A stretch of DNA of 64,000 nucleotides from Rebecca billardiae RCC1528 (lineage: Eukaryota; Protista; Haptophyta). Shown in pieces: positions 1 through 11,100 of the stretch (position 1 is its first letter; each line of letters starts with the position of its first letter). The notes under the pieces are model-generated. The model saw only the letters and a program-made list of their open reading frames with translations. It searched no databases and was not told where the DNA came from. Location of the stretch: the NCBI GenBank assembly GCA_965240325.2, contig OZ251243.1, forward strand, positions 620,001-684,000, written 5' to 3'. The translations under genes were made by a program, and so were the position numbers.

Positions 1-370
1 GTGTGGGGACTCCGTGCGAGGCATGTGGCGGCGGCCACGACGTCGACTTGAGCAGCATGCTTGCGCACGGCCAAGCGATGAGAAAACTACCGTTCCACTG
101 CCCGGCGTAGCCGACGCGGGCGGGACTCTTCACATGGCTCAAGGGCTACGTACACTACAAGTAGCCGGTTGGGCTGGCCGCGCCCGCCGGCCGTCATTCG
201 TTCTTTGGGCTTTGGCCCCCAAGACAGTGGCCCAAGCGGGCCAAGCACGCACTTTTGTAACCGTCGTGCAGTGCTCGCCGTACATACGGAGTCTGTTACA
301 CGGACCCAGCGGCCGGAAGCTGGGCTCGTTCGTGAGCTTTGCACCCGACTCGCGCCCCCCTGGTCGGGGC

Positions 371-529
371 ATGCAAGCGAGCGACGTCCTCATCATCGTG
401 GCCAACCGCTGCGTGTGGGTGCTGTGCGACCAGCTGATCGGCGAGAGCATCTTTGCCAACGCGACTGCGCTCCTCATCCTCATCCCCGCCATCTGGCTCG
501 TCTTTGGGGCCGACCGCAGCATCGCCTAA
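371..529 (+). CDS. Putative 52-aa hydrophobic small protein or uORF (MQASDVLIIVANRCVWVLCDQLIGESIFANATALLILIPAIWLVFGADRSIA)
   Basis: ATG at 371, TAA at 527-529. Strongly GC3-biased codons like the real genes here, two hydrophobic stretches, and a stop 21 nt before the next ATG (551). No recognised family. Confidence 0.4.
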   Translation: MQASDVLIIVANRCVWVLCDQLIGESIFANATALLILIPAIWLVFGADRSIA

Positions 530-550
530 CGCCGAGGACGCGTCAGCACG

Positions 551-3056
551 ATGGCTGCAGATGTGCACTCTGGAGAGCAGCAGGCAGAGGAGGGCGGCGG
601 CGGCGCGCGCGGCGGCGCGCGCCACGCGGGCGAAGGCGGCTCGGCGGCCTCGCCCGCCTTCCCGCTCGGCCTACTGCCCGACATCATCGCCGCGCGCACC
701 GTCGACGTGTCGTTTGACGTCGTGCCGGGTGGCGTGCGCTGGGGCACCGCGGCCTCGCCGGCGCGCGCGCTCTCGCCGGGCCACTTCGGCGCGCTCGAGA
801 CGCCGCGCGAACCGTACGCGTCGATCGACCTCGGCCTCACCTCCGGCCGCCCCGAGTCGCGCCAGGCCGCCGCCGCCGGCGGCCGCCGCCTCGACGACTG
901 GAAAGTGCCTTCGACGCCGGCCGCGGCGGCGGCGCTTGCCCGACACGGCATGCTGCCGCCGCGGCACGCGCAGACGGCGTGCGCCGAGGCGCGACCGCCG
1001 GCGACGGCGGGGGCGGCAGTGCGCTCGCCCGCGCCGCGCGCCGCGCTCGCCGCGCCGCCGCGCACCGCCGGCGCGAGCTCGCCGCTGCCGGCCGCGGCCG
1101 CGCGCGGCCGCGCGCCGCCCCCCGCCACGGCACACAGCGGCGATCGGCATCGGTCGCCGCCGCGCGTCGCCACCGCCGACGGCGTGGTCGCGCTGCCGAC
1201 GTGCGCGCGCTCGATCTCGGCGCTGACGTACCGCGCGAACACTGCGCTCGAGCCCGCGATCGCCGCGATCCAGACCGACCCGCGCGTCTCCGCCGCCGAC
1301 GAGATTGCAATCTCGTCGGCGGCCGCGTCTGCGTCCTTTCAGCGCCGACGGACGACGCTGCCGGCGGCGGGCGGCGCGCTCGGCGCGAGCTCGAGCGCGC
1401 TGGCGGTCAGCGCGGCGGCGGCGCGGAGCGCACGGCTGAGGATAGAGGCGGACTACGGCCAGCTCGCGGCGGCGGTGCAGCAGCACGCCTCGAGCGCCGA
1501 GACGGGCAGCGCCGCCGCCGCCGCGCTCGTCGACGCTCTGACTGCCCTGAGCGGTGGCTCGTGTGGCGGCGGCGGCTGCGGCGGCTGCGGCGGCGGCGGC
1601 GGCGGCGGCGGCGCGGAGGCGGCAGGCGGCGGCGCGGCGGGCGGCGCGCGCGGGCTGGTGCGCGCGCAGACCGCCGCGTCGAGCGCCGTGCTCGGCGGCG
1701 GCGGCGGCGCACGCTCCACCTCGCCGGGCCGACGGCGCGGCGGCGCGGCCGCGGCCGCGGGCTCGGCGGCGGCCGCGGCGGCCGCGGCTGGCGGCGGCTC
1801 CTGCACCGTCCGCCTGCCCACCGCAGCATCGGCGGCGGGTGCGCGCAGCGCGCGCGTCTCCGCCGAGGCCGACGCCTCCGCCGACGCCCTGCCGCGCCTC
1901 CCGCCGCGCCAGGCCGTGCACGCCGACGTCGTGAGCACAATCCTCCGCTGTCGATCCTCCGCCGATTATCGCGCCGAGTTTGACGCGAGAGCGTTGGAGC
2001 TCGAGGCGGAGGCGGAGGCGCGGCGGAGGGCGAGCACGGGCGGCGCGACGATCATCGCGCGCAACCGCCGCCGCGCCGGGCGGTACTCCCCGCGCGACGC
2101 CGCCGCGCTCGCCAAGGCGCGCGACGAGGAGCGCCGGGGCCTGGTCGCTCACCACCGAGCACACCTGGCCGCGCTCGAAGCTGCCCGGCGCGCGGCGACG
2201 TTGTCCCACATTGAATATGTGAACTCGGTGTCTGAGCGGCTGAGGGAGCGGCAGGCGGTGGCGAGGGCGCGGAAGGGGTGGGTCATGGCGCTGGCGGCGG
2301 GCGCGCGCGCGCAGATCTTCTGCCTCGCGCTGCGCGGCGCGCGCTTCCGGCGGCGCAACAAGGCCGCCGTGTCCGTGATCAGGCGCGCCGTGCGCGCGCG
2401 CTCCTTCATCAAAGGCATCGCCCGGCTCGTGGCACTGGCGCGGCAGTGGCGCCGCGCGACGTGGCGGCTACGGTACGTGGTGCGGATCTGGCGGAAGCGG
2501 CGCGCGGCGCGCCGGCTGCGCATCTCGCTCCGCGAGATCTCCGCCGCGCCCGACTTCAAGACAGCCTTCATGCGCCTCCGCTTCGCCGCGCGCCGGCTGC
2601 AGAAGTGGGCGCGCGCGTGCGCAACGCGCACGGCCGCGCACGTGGATGTGCTCACGCATCAGGTGCTCGAGCTGGAGCGGTGGCTGGCGGAGCACGGCGG
2701 GCCGATCGCGGTGAGCAGGGCCGCCGCGAACGCCCCCCCGCGCGCGCTCACGCTCACCGTCGGCGGGCCCGCCGTCGAGGTCGGCGCCGTCTCGCCCGCC
2801 GTGCGCGGCGTGAGTGCCCTGGGTAATGTGGGTAACATGGGTACCGGCCGGGAGGGCGGCGGCGCGCGGCGCACGGTCGGCTTCGGCGTGAGCGCGGCGC
2901 AGAGCGGCTTCCAGACGCCGGGGGAGGGCCCGGTGCGCGCGCGCAAGCTCGGCAGCTCGTCGTCGCACGCCACGACGCCCGCCGACGCCGACGCCGACGG
3001 CGCCGCCGCCAGCCTCACTCGCGTCCGGAGCAGTCAGAAGCGGGTCTCGAGCCGAC

Positions 3057-3099
<43 letters not shown>

Positions 3100-3497
3100 G
3101 CCGGGCGCGGTGGGCTCGTCCAAGTACCGCGTGAACCCGCAGCTCAGCGCGCGCTTCTCCGCCGCGGTCGCCTCACACCGGGACCTCCGCGTCGCCATCT
3201 CTGAGCTAGAGTCCACCACCGTCGTCGCCGTCTCGAAGCACCTGCGGCGTGCGGTCGCGCGGGAGGAGCTCGTGAGGCGCAAGCGGCTGCATGTGCTCGC
3301 ACTGGCGTCGTACGCGTGCCAGCACCGGGCGTGGGAGATCATCCACGAGGAGGTGGAGCGCGTGGCGGCGGAGCGGCACGCACTTGAGCAGCAGGCGCGC
3401 GCGCATTTCTCTCGCCCGCCCACCACGGCCGAGGGCGGCGAGCGCGGCGATGCGAGCGCGGGCGCGCGGCGCGGCAGCCGGCGCGGCAGTGGCGGCA

Positions 3498-3529
<32 letters not shown>

Positions 3530-5023
3530 AGCCGCCGTGCGAGCGGCCTCGGCGGCGCGAATGGCGGCGTGCCGACTGCGCCGCGCCGCGCCTCCGCTGT
3601 TGGCGCGCGCCGCGCCTCCACGATGGCCCCGGCCGCGATGGCGAGAGCGGCCGCCGGCGCGCCCGGCGCCGAGGCGGCTGGCGGCGACGACGGCGGCTCT
3701 CGGCGCGCGAGCCGCGCCGGCGTCGCGCCGCTGCGCCGCACTGCGTCCCAGCTCGCGCAGGCGGACGAGCACGGCGAGATCGGCGGCGGCGGCGGCGCGA
3801 GCGCGCAGCGTCGCGTCTCGCGCGCGGGCTCGCTCGCCGACGTGCGCGGCGGCGGTGGCGGCCGGCGTGACAGCAGGCCGACTGCACCGGATGGCGCCGG
3901 ATCGCGCCGAGGCAGCCGCGCGGGCCAGGCCGGCGGCGGCGGCGGCGGCGGCGGTGGAGGCGGCTCCTTCTCCCGCCGGGGCACGCTCACGGGCAGCAGC
4001 GAGGAGAACGAGCTCGAGGTGATGCTCATGATGGCCGGCATGGACACGGCCGCCGTCCTGGTCATCCAGCGCTACGCCCGGCAGCATGCGTTCAGAAGAC
4101 GGCTGAACAGCTTAATGCGGCGAAGGATCGACGCTCGCGCGCGGCAGCTCGAGGTGCGCCCCGCGCCGCGCCGCGCCGCGCCGCGCTGCGGCAGCCCGCC
4201 GCGAGACGCGGCGCGAGGGCCCGTGGCCGGCGCGCAGGGCCGCGCACTGCGACTGCTGCGAATCCGGGGAGAATCGGAAGGCGCCGCCACGCGGCGGGTG
4301 TGTGCGCGCGCTGACTCGGCCTGCCACGCGCGCGCGCGCGGTGTTGCGCGGCGTTGCGCGCCGCCGCGCCGTCGCCTGTGCGGTGTGATGCGATGCGTCG
4401 CGCTCGGCGCCAAGCAGGCCCTGAGCAACGTCGAGATCTTCTCGCTGCTGCGGATGCGCCGGCTGGCGGGCGCGGGCGCGCGCACCGAGCGCGCGCTCAA
4501 CGCAAAGGCGGCGCGCGTGTCCTCGCGATCGCTCTCTCGAGACGTCGAGGTGGCGATGGCGAAGGCGAGCGTGCGCGAAGCGATGCGGCAGCAGGAGCGC
4601 GCGGCGGCGGCGAGGCCGCCGAGCCCGCCGCGGCCGGCGCCGCCCTCGGGCCCGCCGTCGCACGCCGCCTCCTTCCGCCGGCAGAGCCGCGCCGTCGTCG
4701 ACGAGCGGCCGCGGCGGCAGTGGGCGGCGCAGCAGATCCAAAGGCACTACCGCGGCCGCGTCACCGCGCTGCGCACCGAGCTGCTCGACAGGCCGCTCGC
4801 GGAGCCGAAGCGCCCGCTGCTCTCGCTGCGGCCGAGCGTGATGACGCTCACGCGGCTGCTCCACACCGCCCAGCAGAAGATGATCCTCTCAGGGCAGGCG
4901 CAGAGCACCAAGCAGCGCGCCGCGGCGGGCGGCGCCGGCCTGCTGCCGCCGCGTCTCTCCTTCATGCGCCAGACCAGCAGCGTGCTCGAGCTCTTCCTCA
5001 ACAACCCGACGCTCACGGGCTGA
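551..5023 (+). CDS. Large IQ-motif (calmodulin-binding) low-complexity protein, ~1402 aa; exons 551-4153 and 4418-5023
   Basis: IQ-like motifs AVSVIRRAVRARSF, AARRLQKWAR, AAVLVIQRYARQHAFRRR and AAQQIQRHYRGR. Probable 264-nt in-frame intron 4154-4417 (GAG|GTGCGC...CAG|GCC) whose translation is Arg/Ala/Pro-rich noise. Confidence 0.7.
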
Positions 5024-5116
5024 TCGGAGCGGCCGAGCAGGCGGAGCGCGCTGCACTCTCAGACGACGACGAATAATTATTGAAATTGTTGCGCAGCATA
5101 TAATTATCCGATACAG

Positions 5117-5192
5117 TATATATATATATATTAATATATATATATATATTAAAATCAGATATTATCTTCGGATGATATATATATATATATAT
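5117..5192. repeat. Interrupted (TA)n microsatellite between two convergent genes
   Basis: Seen directly. Confidence 0.9.
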
Positions 5193-5227
5193 TAAACTAT
5201 GCATATGCCGCGGACGATACTATGCTG

Positions 5228-6547
5228 CTATTGCAGGACGACACTGCTGCGGACCGTGCGGCGGCTTGCTGTACTGTCAGCTGCGCGCGCTGACCGCCGC
5301 AGCCGCCACCACGCCGCTGCGGCAGCCACGACGCCGCCTACCGCGAGGAGCGGCGCGAGCCCGGGCGGCGCGGCGCGCGGCTCGTCCGCTCCGCTGGCGC
5401 GTGGTGGCGGCTCGCGCGCCTGCGACTCCGCCAGCGGCGCCGGCGGCAGCAGGGGCTTGCGCGGGCAGTGCTTCCGCTCGGCCGGGTCGTCGATGCACAT
5501 GTTCGCGCAGCACGCGCAGCGGCACTGCCACACCTCCTCGCCCTGCGGCTCGGTGAAGTGGTAGCGGCTCGCGCACTTGTTGGCGCCGTAGAGCGTGCAG
5601 CGATGCCGCAGGCACATCCCACACGTCAGCCGGCCTGCGGGCGGCGGCAGCCCGTTCGACCAGCGCGTGCGCGTCACGTTGACACCGTCGTTGCTCCAGA
5701 GCGGGAGGGGCCTGCGCGTGAACTTGTCGCGGTCGGTCAGCGCGCACAGGTCGTCGGCCGAGACGGGGAGAATCGCTCGGGAGATGACTGTCAGCGTGTC
5801 CGGGCTGCAGCCGATTCTTCCATCGGGCTTCCGGCCCGGGTTGTCCTCCATGGTGAGCACCTGCCCCCAGCCGCTGTACGTGGCCACCTCGGCCGAGAGC
5901 ACCCTGTCGAGCAGCTCGCTCTGCAGCGGGATCGTGTTGGTCACGTTGTCCGTCGCGCCGAGCAGCGCGCGCAGCCACGGAGTCGAGACAGCCGCCTTCT
6001 CGAAGAAGACGCACACGATGACAAAGGGGTCCAGCCCGGCCTGTGGCGGCACGAAGTGGACGAATTGGAGCTCGAGCGGGTAGGTCCGGCCGTCGAGCGC
6101 GTTGTCCGACTCCGAGAAGAGGGCGATCTGCGAGAGCGGCAGCGTGGCCCCGCGCACCGACACCGTCGCGGACGGCGACGTTGGCAGCACCTCCCACGCA
6201 CTCGTGAGCTCGCGGAACAGGGCGGTCCCTGCCTGGTAGCTGCGCAGCGCCACGTCCGCAGTGGGCGGGTACTCGAGCTCGAGCTGGGAGTCGCTGCGGC
6301 GCTCGTACGGCGCGTCCGCCGTGCGCACGTCGATCGGGCCGTTGAGGTACGGGCCGCCAGCGTACGGCGCGCAGCCGAACAAGTATTCGCGCTCGAGCGT
6401 GCACTCCGGCGGCGCGTCGCCAATCGCGAGCCTGCTCGCCAACGGCCGGTCGAAGGCGTCGGGCGAGAAGAGCCCGTCGGGCAGGCCCGCGTCGGGCTCG
6501 CCGCGCGCGACCACGCCGAGCAGGAGGAGCGCGAGTGCCCGACGCAT
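5228..6547 (-). CDS. Alpha-carbonic-anhydrase-like type I membrane protein, predicted acatalytic (~439 aa; alternative ATG at 6562)
   Basis: Signal peptide MRRALALLLLGVVARG. Alpha-CA-like motifs NGPIDV, SDNALDGRTYPLELQFVHF, VIVCVFFE and RRPLPL. Cys-rich segment, then C-terminal TM LAPLLAVGGVVAAAAAWW followed by RLRR. Confidence 0.75.
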   Translation of the reverse strand: MRRALALLLLGVVARGEPDAGLPDGLFSPDAFDRPLASRLAIGDAPPECTLEREYLFGCAPYAGGPYLNGPIDVRTADAPYERRSDSQLELEYPPTADVALRSYQAGTALFRELTSAWEVLPTSPSATVSVRGATLPLSQIALFSESDNALDGRTYPLELQFVHFVPPQAGLDPFVIVCVFFEKAAVSTPWLRALLGATDNVTNTIPLQSELLDRVLSAEVATYSGWGQVLTMEDNPGRKPDGRIGCSPDTLTVISRAILPVSADDLCALTDRDKFTRRPLPLWSNDGVNVTRTRWSNGLPPPAGRLTCGMCLRHRCTLYGANKCASRYHFTEPQGEEVWQCRCACCANMCIDDPAERKHCPRKPLLPPAPLAESQAREPPPRASGADEPRAAPPGLAPLLAVGGVVAAAAAWWRLRRSARAADSTASRRTVRSSVVLQ

Positions 6548-6700
6548 GGTGGTCCAATCCATCCTGCGGAAGTCGGCGCACTGCAGAAATACTGCTACTG
6601 TCTGAGCTGTGTGCGTCTCTTATAATCTACTCTACTTAATCGTGTAAAGTGGATCCGCGGCACAGATGTCCCGTTAGTTACGAAAATGCCCACAATTCGG

Positions 6701-6832
6701 AGTTTTCTCTATGAAAAACCATCGGTTCGGCTGTTTTTACTCGCTAAACCAACGGTTCGATGGATGTTACTCCGAAACACCATCGGTTCGCCGGGTTTTA
6801 CTCGCCAAACAATCGTTTCGACGAGTTTTACC
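6701..6832. repeat. Degenerate ~30-bp tandem repeat, about 4.5 units (consensus ~TTTTACTCGCnAAACCATCGGTTCGnnGn)
   Basis: Cores AAACCATCGGTTCG, AAACCAACGGTTCG, ACACCATCGGTTCG and AAACAATCGTTTCG recur about 30 bp apart, each with a TTTTAC-like motif. Confidence 0.75.
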
Positions 6833-7329
6833 CACCAGTCTGCAGTTGGGACAGTCCTCGCACGTAGTGGCCTCGAAAGAAACGATTCGGAGTACGCTTT
6901 TGTCGAGTGATGGCTGCGCGATGTATTATGTTGTCCGCTCGAGTTGCCGTTCGTCCGAAGGAAAATTCTTCTCGACGAAACATGGAGGGCCAATCAGGGT
7001 CCGTCGATCGATTACAGTCGACGCGACTCAAGTTAGGCGGCTCATTTGAACAGCAACCGCGATGATACTCGCTCGTCAAGAGGGGCCCGCTCGGGCCAGG
7101 CTGACCGCCGTGACGGGAGGTCGAGATGCCACCGCGGGCGCCGCGGGGCTGCGACCGAGGGTGTGGACCGTCGGGGTGATGTGTGAGCAGGATACTCACG
7201 CCCTGTCGCCTGCAACTGTCGACGGCCGCCCTCCACCTGCACCTCGCCTGCACCTCGCGACCGTGCGGCCGATGACGGATCTGTAACGCTCGACGATTGA
7301 TCCGACGGCTCGACGAGTGATCGAGTGAT

Positions 7330-7865
7330 CCGCACGACGGGCGTCGCCTGCAACTGATAACGGCCGCTCTCATGCCCGGTGCTCAGGAGGCGCACGCTTG
7401 ACGCGTGTCCTGCGCGGTTGTCACCTGCCCCGGCGGTTGCAACTCTCTACATCTCTCCTCCGGACGGAGTGGCGCGCCGGTCCGTGTTGCGACGGCGTTG
7501 CTCGACTGGATCTGCGCACCGGGCCTCGCCTGTAACTGTTTTGATGCATGCCGTGCCCTGCGCGGCTGGCACCTGGCTGCCTGCCCCTGCTGCTGCAACT
7601 CTCGGCGGCGGCGCGCAGATCAGTGTTGCTCGACTGGATCTGCGCACCGGGCCTCGCCTGCAGCTGTTTATTTACGCGGCCGTCCACCAGCCTTACACGG
7701 TCCGAGGCTCAGTAGACAGTAGGGGCGCGCGCTTGATGCGTGCCCTGCGCAGTTGTCAACGCAGGCTGCAGCGCTGTCCGCACCGCTACCGGTATACGAA
7801 CCAAGCGAACGTCTGAAGGTGGTCGTGAAGCTGCCGCTGCCGGCGTGCAGCGGCGGCTGCAACTC
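7330..7865 (+). repeat. Dispersed repeat, copy 1 (internally duplicated; probable transposon remnant)
   Basis: 7721-7769 is identical over 49 bp to 13217-13265. Internal duplication of TTGCTCGACTGGATCTGCGCACCGGGCCTCGCCTG at ~7498 and ~7626. Confidence 0.75.
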
Positions 7866-8138
7866 ACTCTCTCGTTCTTAGTAAACTGTACAGATCGATT
7901 TTGCATGCTTGGACTCCTGGAGTCTCAGCGCGATGAGTTCAGAGGTCTAAAAGTTCTTCAGCGCGCGGCCCGGCTCGGCTGCGGTCCGGATCTTGATGAT
8001 CAGCAAGGGGGACACACGGTCCTGGCAAGGGCGGTACTGGTGAGCAGCCGCCTTGTCAGCAACAGGAAGGACGCTACGCCAAAATTTTGGGGCACGATAG
8101 CTACGCGACGACGCCCTTGGGGTCGCCAGCTGGCGGAG

Positions 8139-11100
8139 ATGGGGGCGCCCGCGGCGTCGGAACTGCCCAACGGCGCGGCCTCGAGAGAGCCGGTGGCGAA
8201 AGGGAGCGTGCCGCTGCCGTCGCTCGCGCCCGAGCAGAGCGGCCCAACCGACGCTCCCGCCGCCGCCGAGTCTAGAGCCCAGGCCGACGACACGCCGACG
8301 CGGCGGCGCCGGGGCGCGCTCGCGCGCTGCCTGACGGGCCGCCGGGCATACCGCTCGTTCACGGTGGAAGAGATGAAGCGGCGGTACCTGCGGATGCTCG
8401 TGCTCGTCCGCCTCCTCCGCGTGCGCCGCCGCTTCGCGCGCCACGTCTCCGCCGAGGCGTACGCGTCGCTCGTGCTCGAGATGCACGCGCTCGGCTGGCT
8501 GATTGCGCTGCGCGAGAAGAGCGGCAAGGCGAAGCGGCGGGCGTGGGTGCTGCGGCGGCAGGCGGAGCTGCGCGTCTTCGTCACCTCGACGCCGTTCGAG
8601 CTGCTCTCCCTCCTCTTCATCCTCGTCAACACCGCCCTCATCGTCGCGCAGGCCGCCTTCCCGTCGCGGCAGGGCAGCCGCTACTACCAGCTAGGCGAGC
8701 TTGCCCAGGTTGGGTGCGGCCTCGTCTTCCTGCTCGAGCTGGCGCTGCGCATGCTCGCGTTCGGCCCGCGGTTCTTCGCGCACTTCTGGAACCTCCTCGA
8801 CCTGCTGCTCATCCTCGTCACCCTCGTCGAGTGGGCCTTCATCGTCGTGCTCACCTTTCAGCTGCAGGCGCGCGCGTACACCGGCTCGCGCTTTGCCGGC
8901 GTGCTCGCGCTGCGCGTCGCGCGCGTCTTCCGCGCGCACCGCGTGCTGCGCTCGCTGCGGCTGGTGGACCGGTTCCCCGCTCTCCGCGCGGTGTCGGACG
9001 CGCTCCGCCGCGCCTCCGCCGCCGTCCTCTGGGTCGTCCTCCTCCTCGTCCTCCTCCTCGTCACGTACGGAGCGGCCGCCCACCTCCTCTTCTCGTCGGT
9101 GGCGGCGAGCTCGCCGCCGCTCGACGACGAGCGCTGGGGCTCGCTCGGCCGCGCGGTGCTCAGCCTGTGCCACGTGCTCACGCTCGACCACGGCGTGGAC
9201 GTGGTGCGCGAGCTGCTCGAGGCCTCGCCCTCGCCGCAGTGGACCGTCCTCATCGTCGCCTTCTTCGCCTCCTTTGCGGTTCTCGGCGCCTATGTTGCGT
9301 TCGGAGTGATTGTCGCCGTGCTCGTCGCTCAGCTCGAGGAGATCTCGCGCGCGCGCGCGCGGGCGAAGGAGCACGCGTGGTTCTTCCGCAACGCGGGCGT
9401 GGCGCCGCCCGAGGACGTGCGCGGCGCGATCTACCGGCCGCGTGGGGCGCCGCGCGGCGGCGGGTACTACTACTACGACGGCCGCGCCGAGCGCGGCGCG
9501 GAGCGCGGCGCGGCTCGCGGGGCGGAGCGCGCAGAGAGGATGGCGCGGCTGAGCTCGAGCGAGTCGCAGCTGTCCGCGATGTCGGCGAGCACGCTCAACT
9601 CGCACGAGACGTCGGCGCTCGAGTCGCCCCGCGGCGAGTCTCGCCGCGAGCCGCGCGACTCCACCCAGAGCGACGCCTCCGCCGCCGAGCGCGGCGCCGA
9701 GCGCGCGGGCGCGCAGGAGGATGGCGCGCGGCTGTCTCGGCGCGTCGAGTCGATCGCGCGCGCGCACCATGAGCTGCATCGCGAGGTGATCGCGCTCACG
9801 CGCACGGTGGACGACATGGGCGAGGGGCTGTCGCGCCAGCTGCGCCGCGTGATCACGATGCTCGAGGTCGGCCAGTCCGCCGCCGAGATGCGCAAACACA
9901 TCGCCGAGGCATATGGCGGCACCGCCGAGCCACCGCCGGCCGCGCCCGGCGAGATCGGCGGCTCGGTGGTGCCAGGGCCGGGCGTGCGGCGCGCGAGCAT
10001 GGTCGCGGCCACGCAGCGCTCGTCCGCGCTGCCCAACGCCGATGTGCTCGCGGCGGTGCGCCGCGCGAGCCTGGCCGGCACCGCCTCGCTCACCAAGGCG
10101 GGCAACTCCTTCTCTCTGCTCGCGGAGCGCGCCAAGGCGCGTCGCGAGCAGAACGCTCAGGAGCGGCGCGACGCCGAGCTGCTCGAGTCGTGCGGCGGCG
10201 CGGCGGGCGGCGCGCCGGCCGCATCTCCGTTCAAGTCGTCGCTCCGGCTCACGCCTCGCGCGACGAGCACGGACGGGCCGGCGTCGGCTCGGTCGGTGTG
10301 CTTCGGCGAGAACGAGGTGCGCGAGAGCGAGGGCGCCGGCGCCCGCACCGACGCCGCCTCCGCGCCGGCCGTGCCGCGCGTGAACCTCTCCGACATCGCG
10401 ATGGCCGAGCCGCTGCCGCCCGGCCGGCGAGCGTCGCCGCCGCCCTCACCCGGCGGGCGCAAGCCGCGCGACTCGGGTTGGAAGGACCGCATGAGCCGCG
10501 AGAGCTTCTGGGAGCTCGACGAGCAGGGCATGAGCACCGCACGCCTCTCGGCGCGCGAGCGCGAAGACAGTCAGCTCTCCGCACGCGACAGGCCGGCCGC
10601 CGACGAGCGGCGAGGATCCAACGCTGGTGGCAAGCAGGACGATTGGGCGGCGGCTGCTCGGCGCACGCCCGCCGCCGCGGCGGCCTCCAGGCCGAGGGAC
10701 GATCGGCGCGGCTCGAACGCGAACAAGGTGGATGACTGGGCGGGTGGCAGTCAGCCCGCGCCTGCCGAGCCAGCCGCGGACTGCAGCACTCGCCGCGCCT
10801 CCAACTCGCACAAGGTGGACGACTGGGCCGCGCCGCCCAAGCCGACGACGGCCGCGGCCGCGGTCACGGACGGCGGCCGTCGCGGCTCGAGCTCGCGCGC
10901 CAAGGTCGACGATTTCGACGAGTACGAGGAGGAGGCCGAGGACGCATCGGCGGCGGAGCCGAGCCGCCGGCCTTCGGCCGACACCCGCCGAGGCTCTTCC
11001 TCGCGCAAGGTCGACGACTTCGCCGCGTACGAGCCTGAGCAGTCCGGGAGCGCGGCAGGCAGCCGGCGCGGCTCGGCCGCGCCGGCGGGTAGCCGGCGCG

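Noticed and set aside
6701-6832. Regularly spaced repeats as a possible CRISPR array
   Set aside because: Units are degenerate and contiguous, with no unique spacers and no cas genes; eukaryotic context.
7740-8138. N-terminal extension of the channel ORF
   Set aside because: Begins inside a dispersed repeat at a non-ATG start and lacks the coding codon bias; ATG 8139 preferred.
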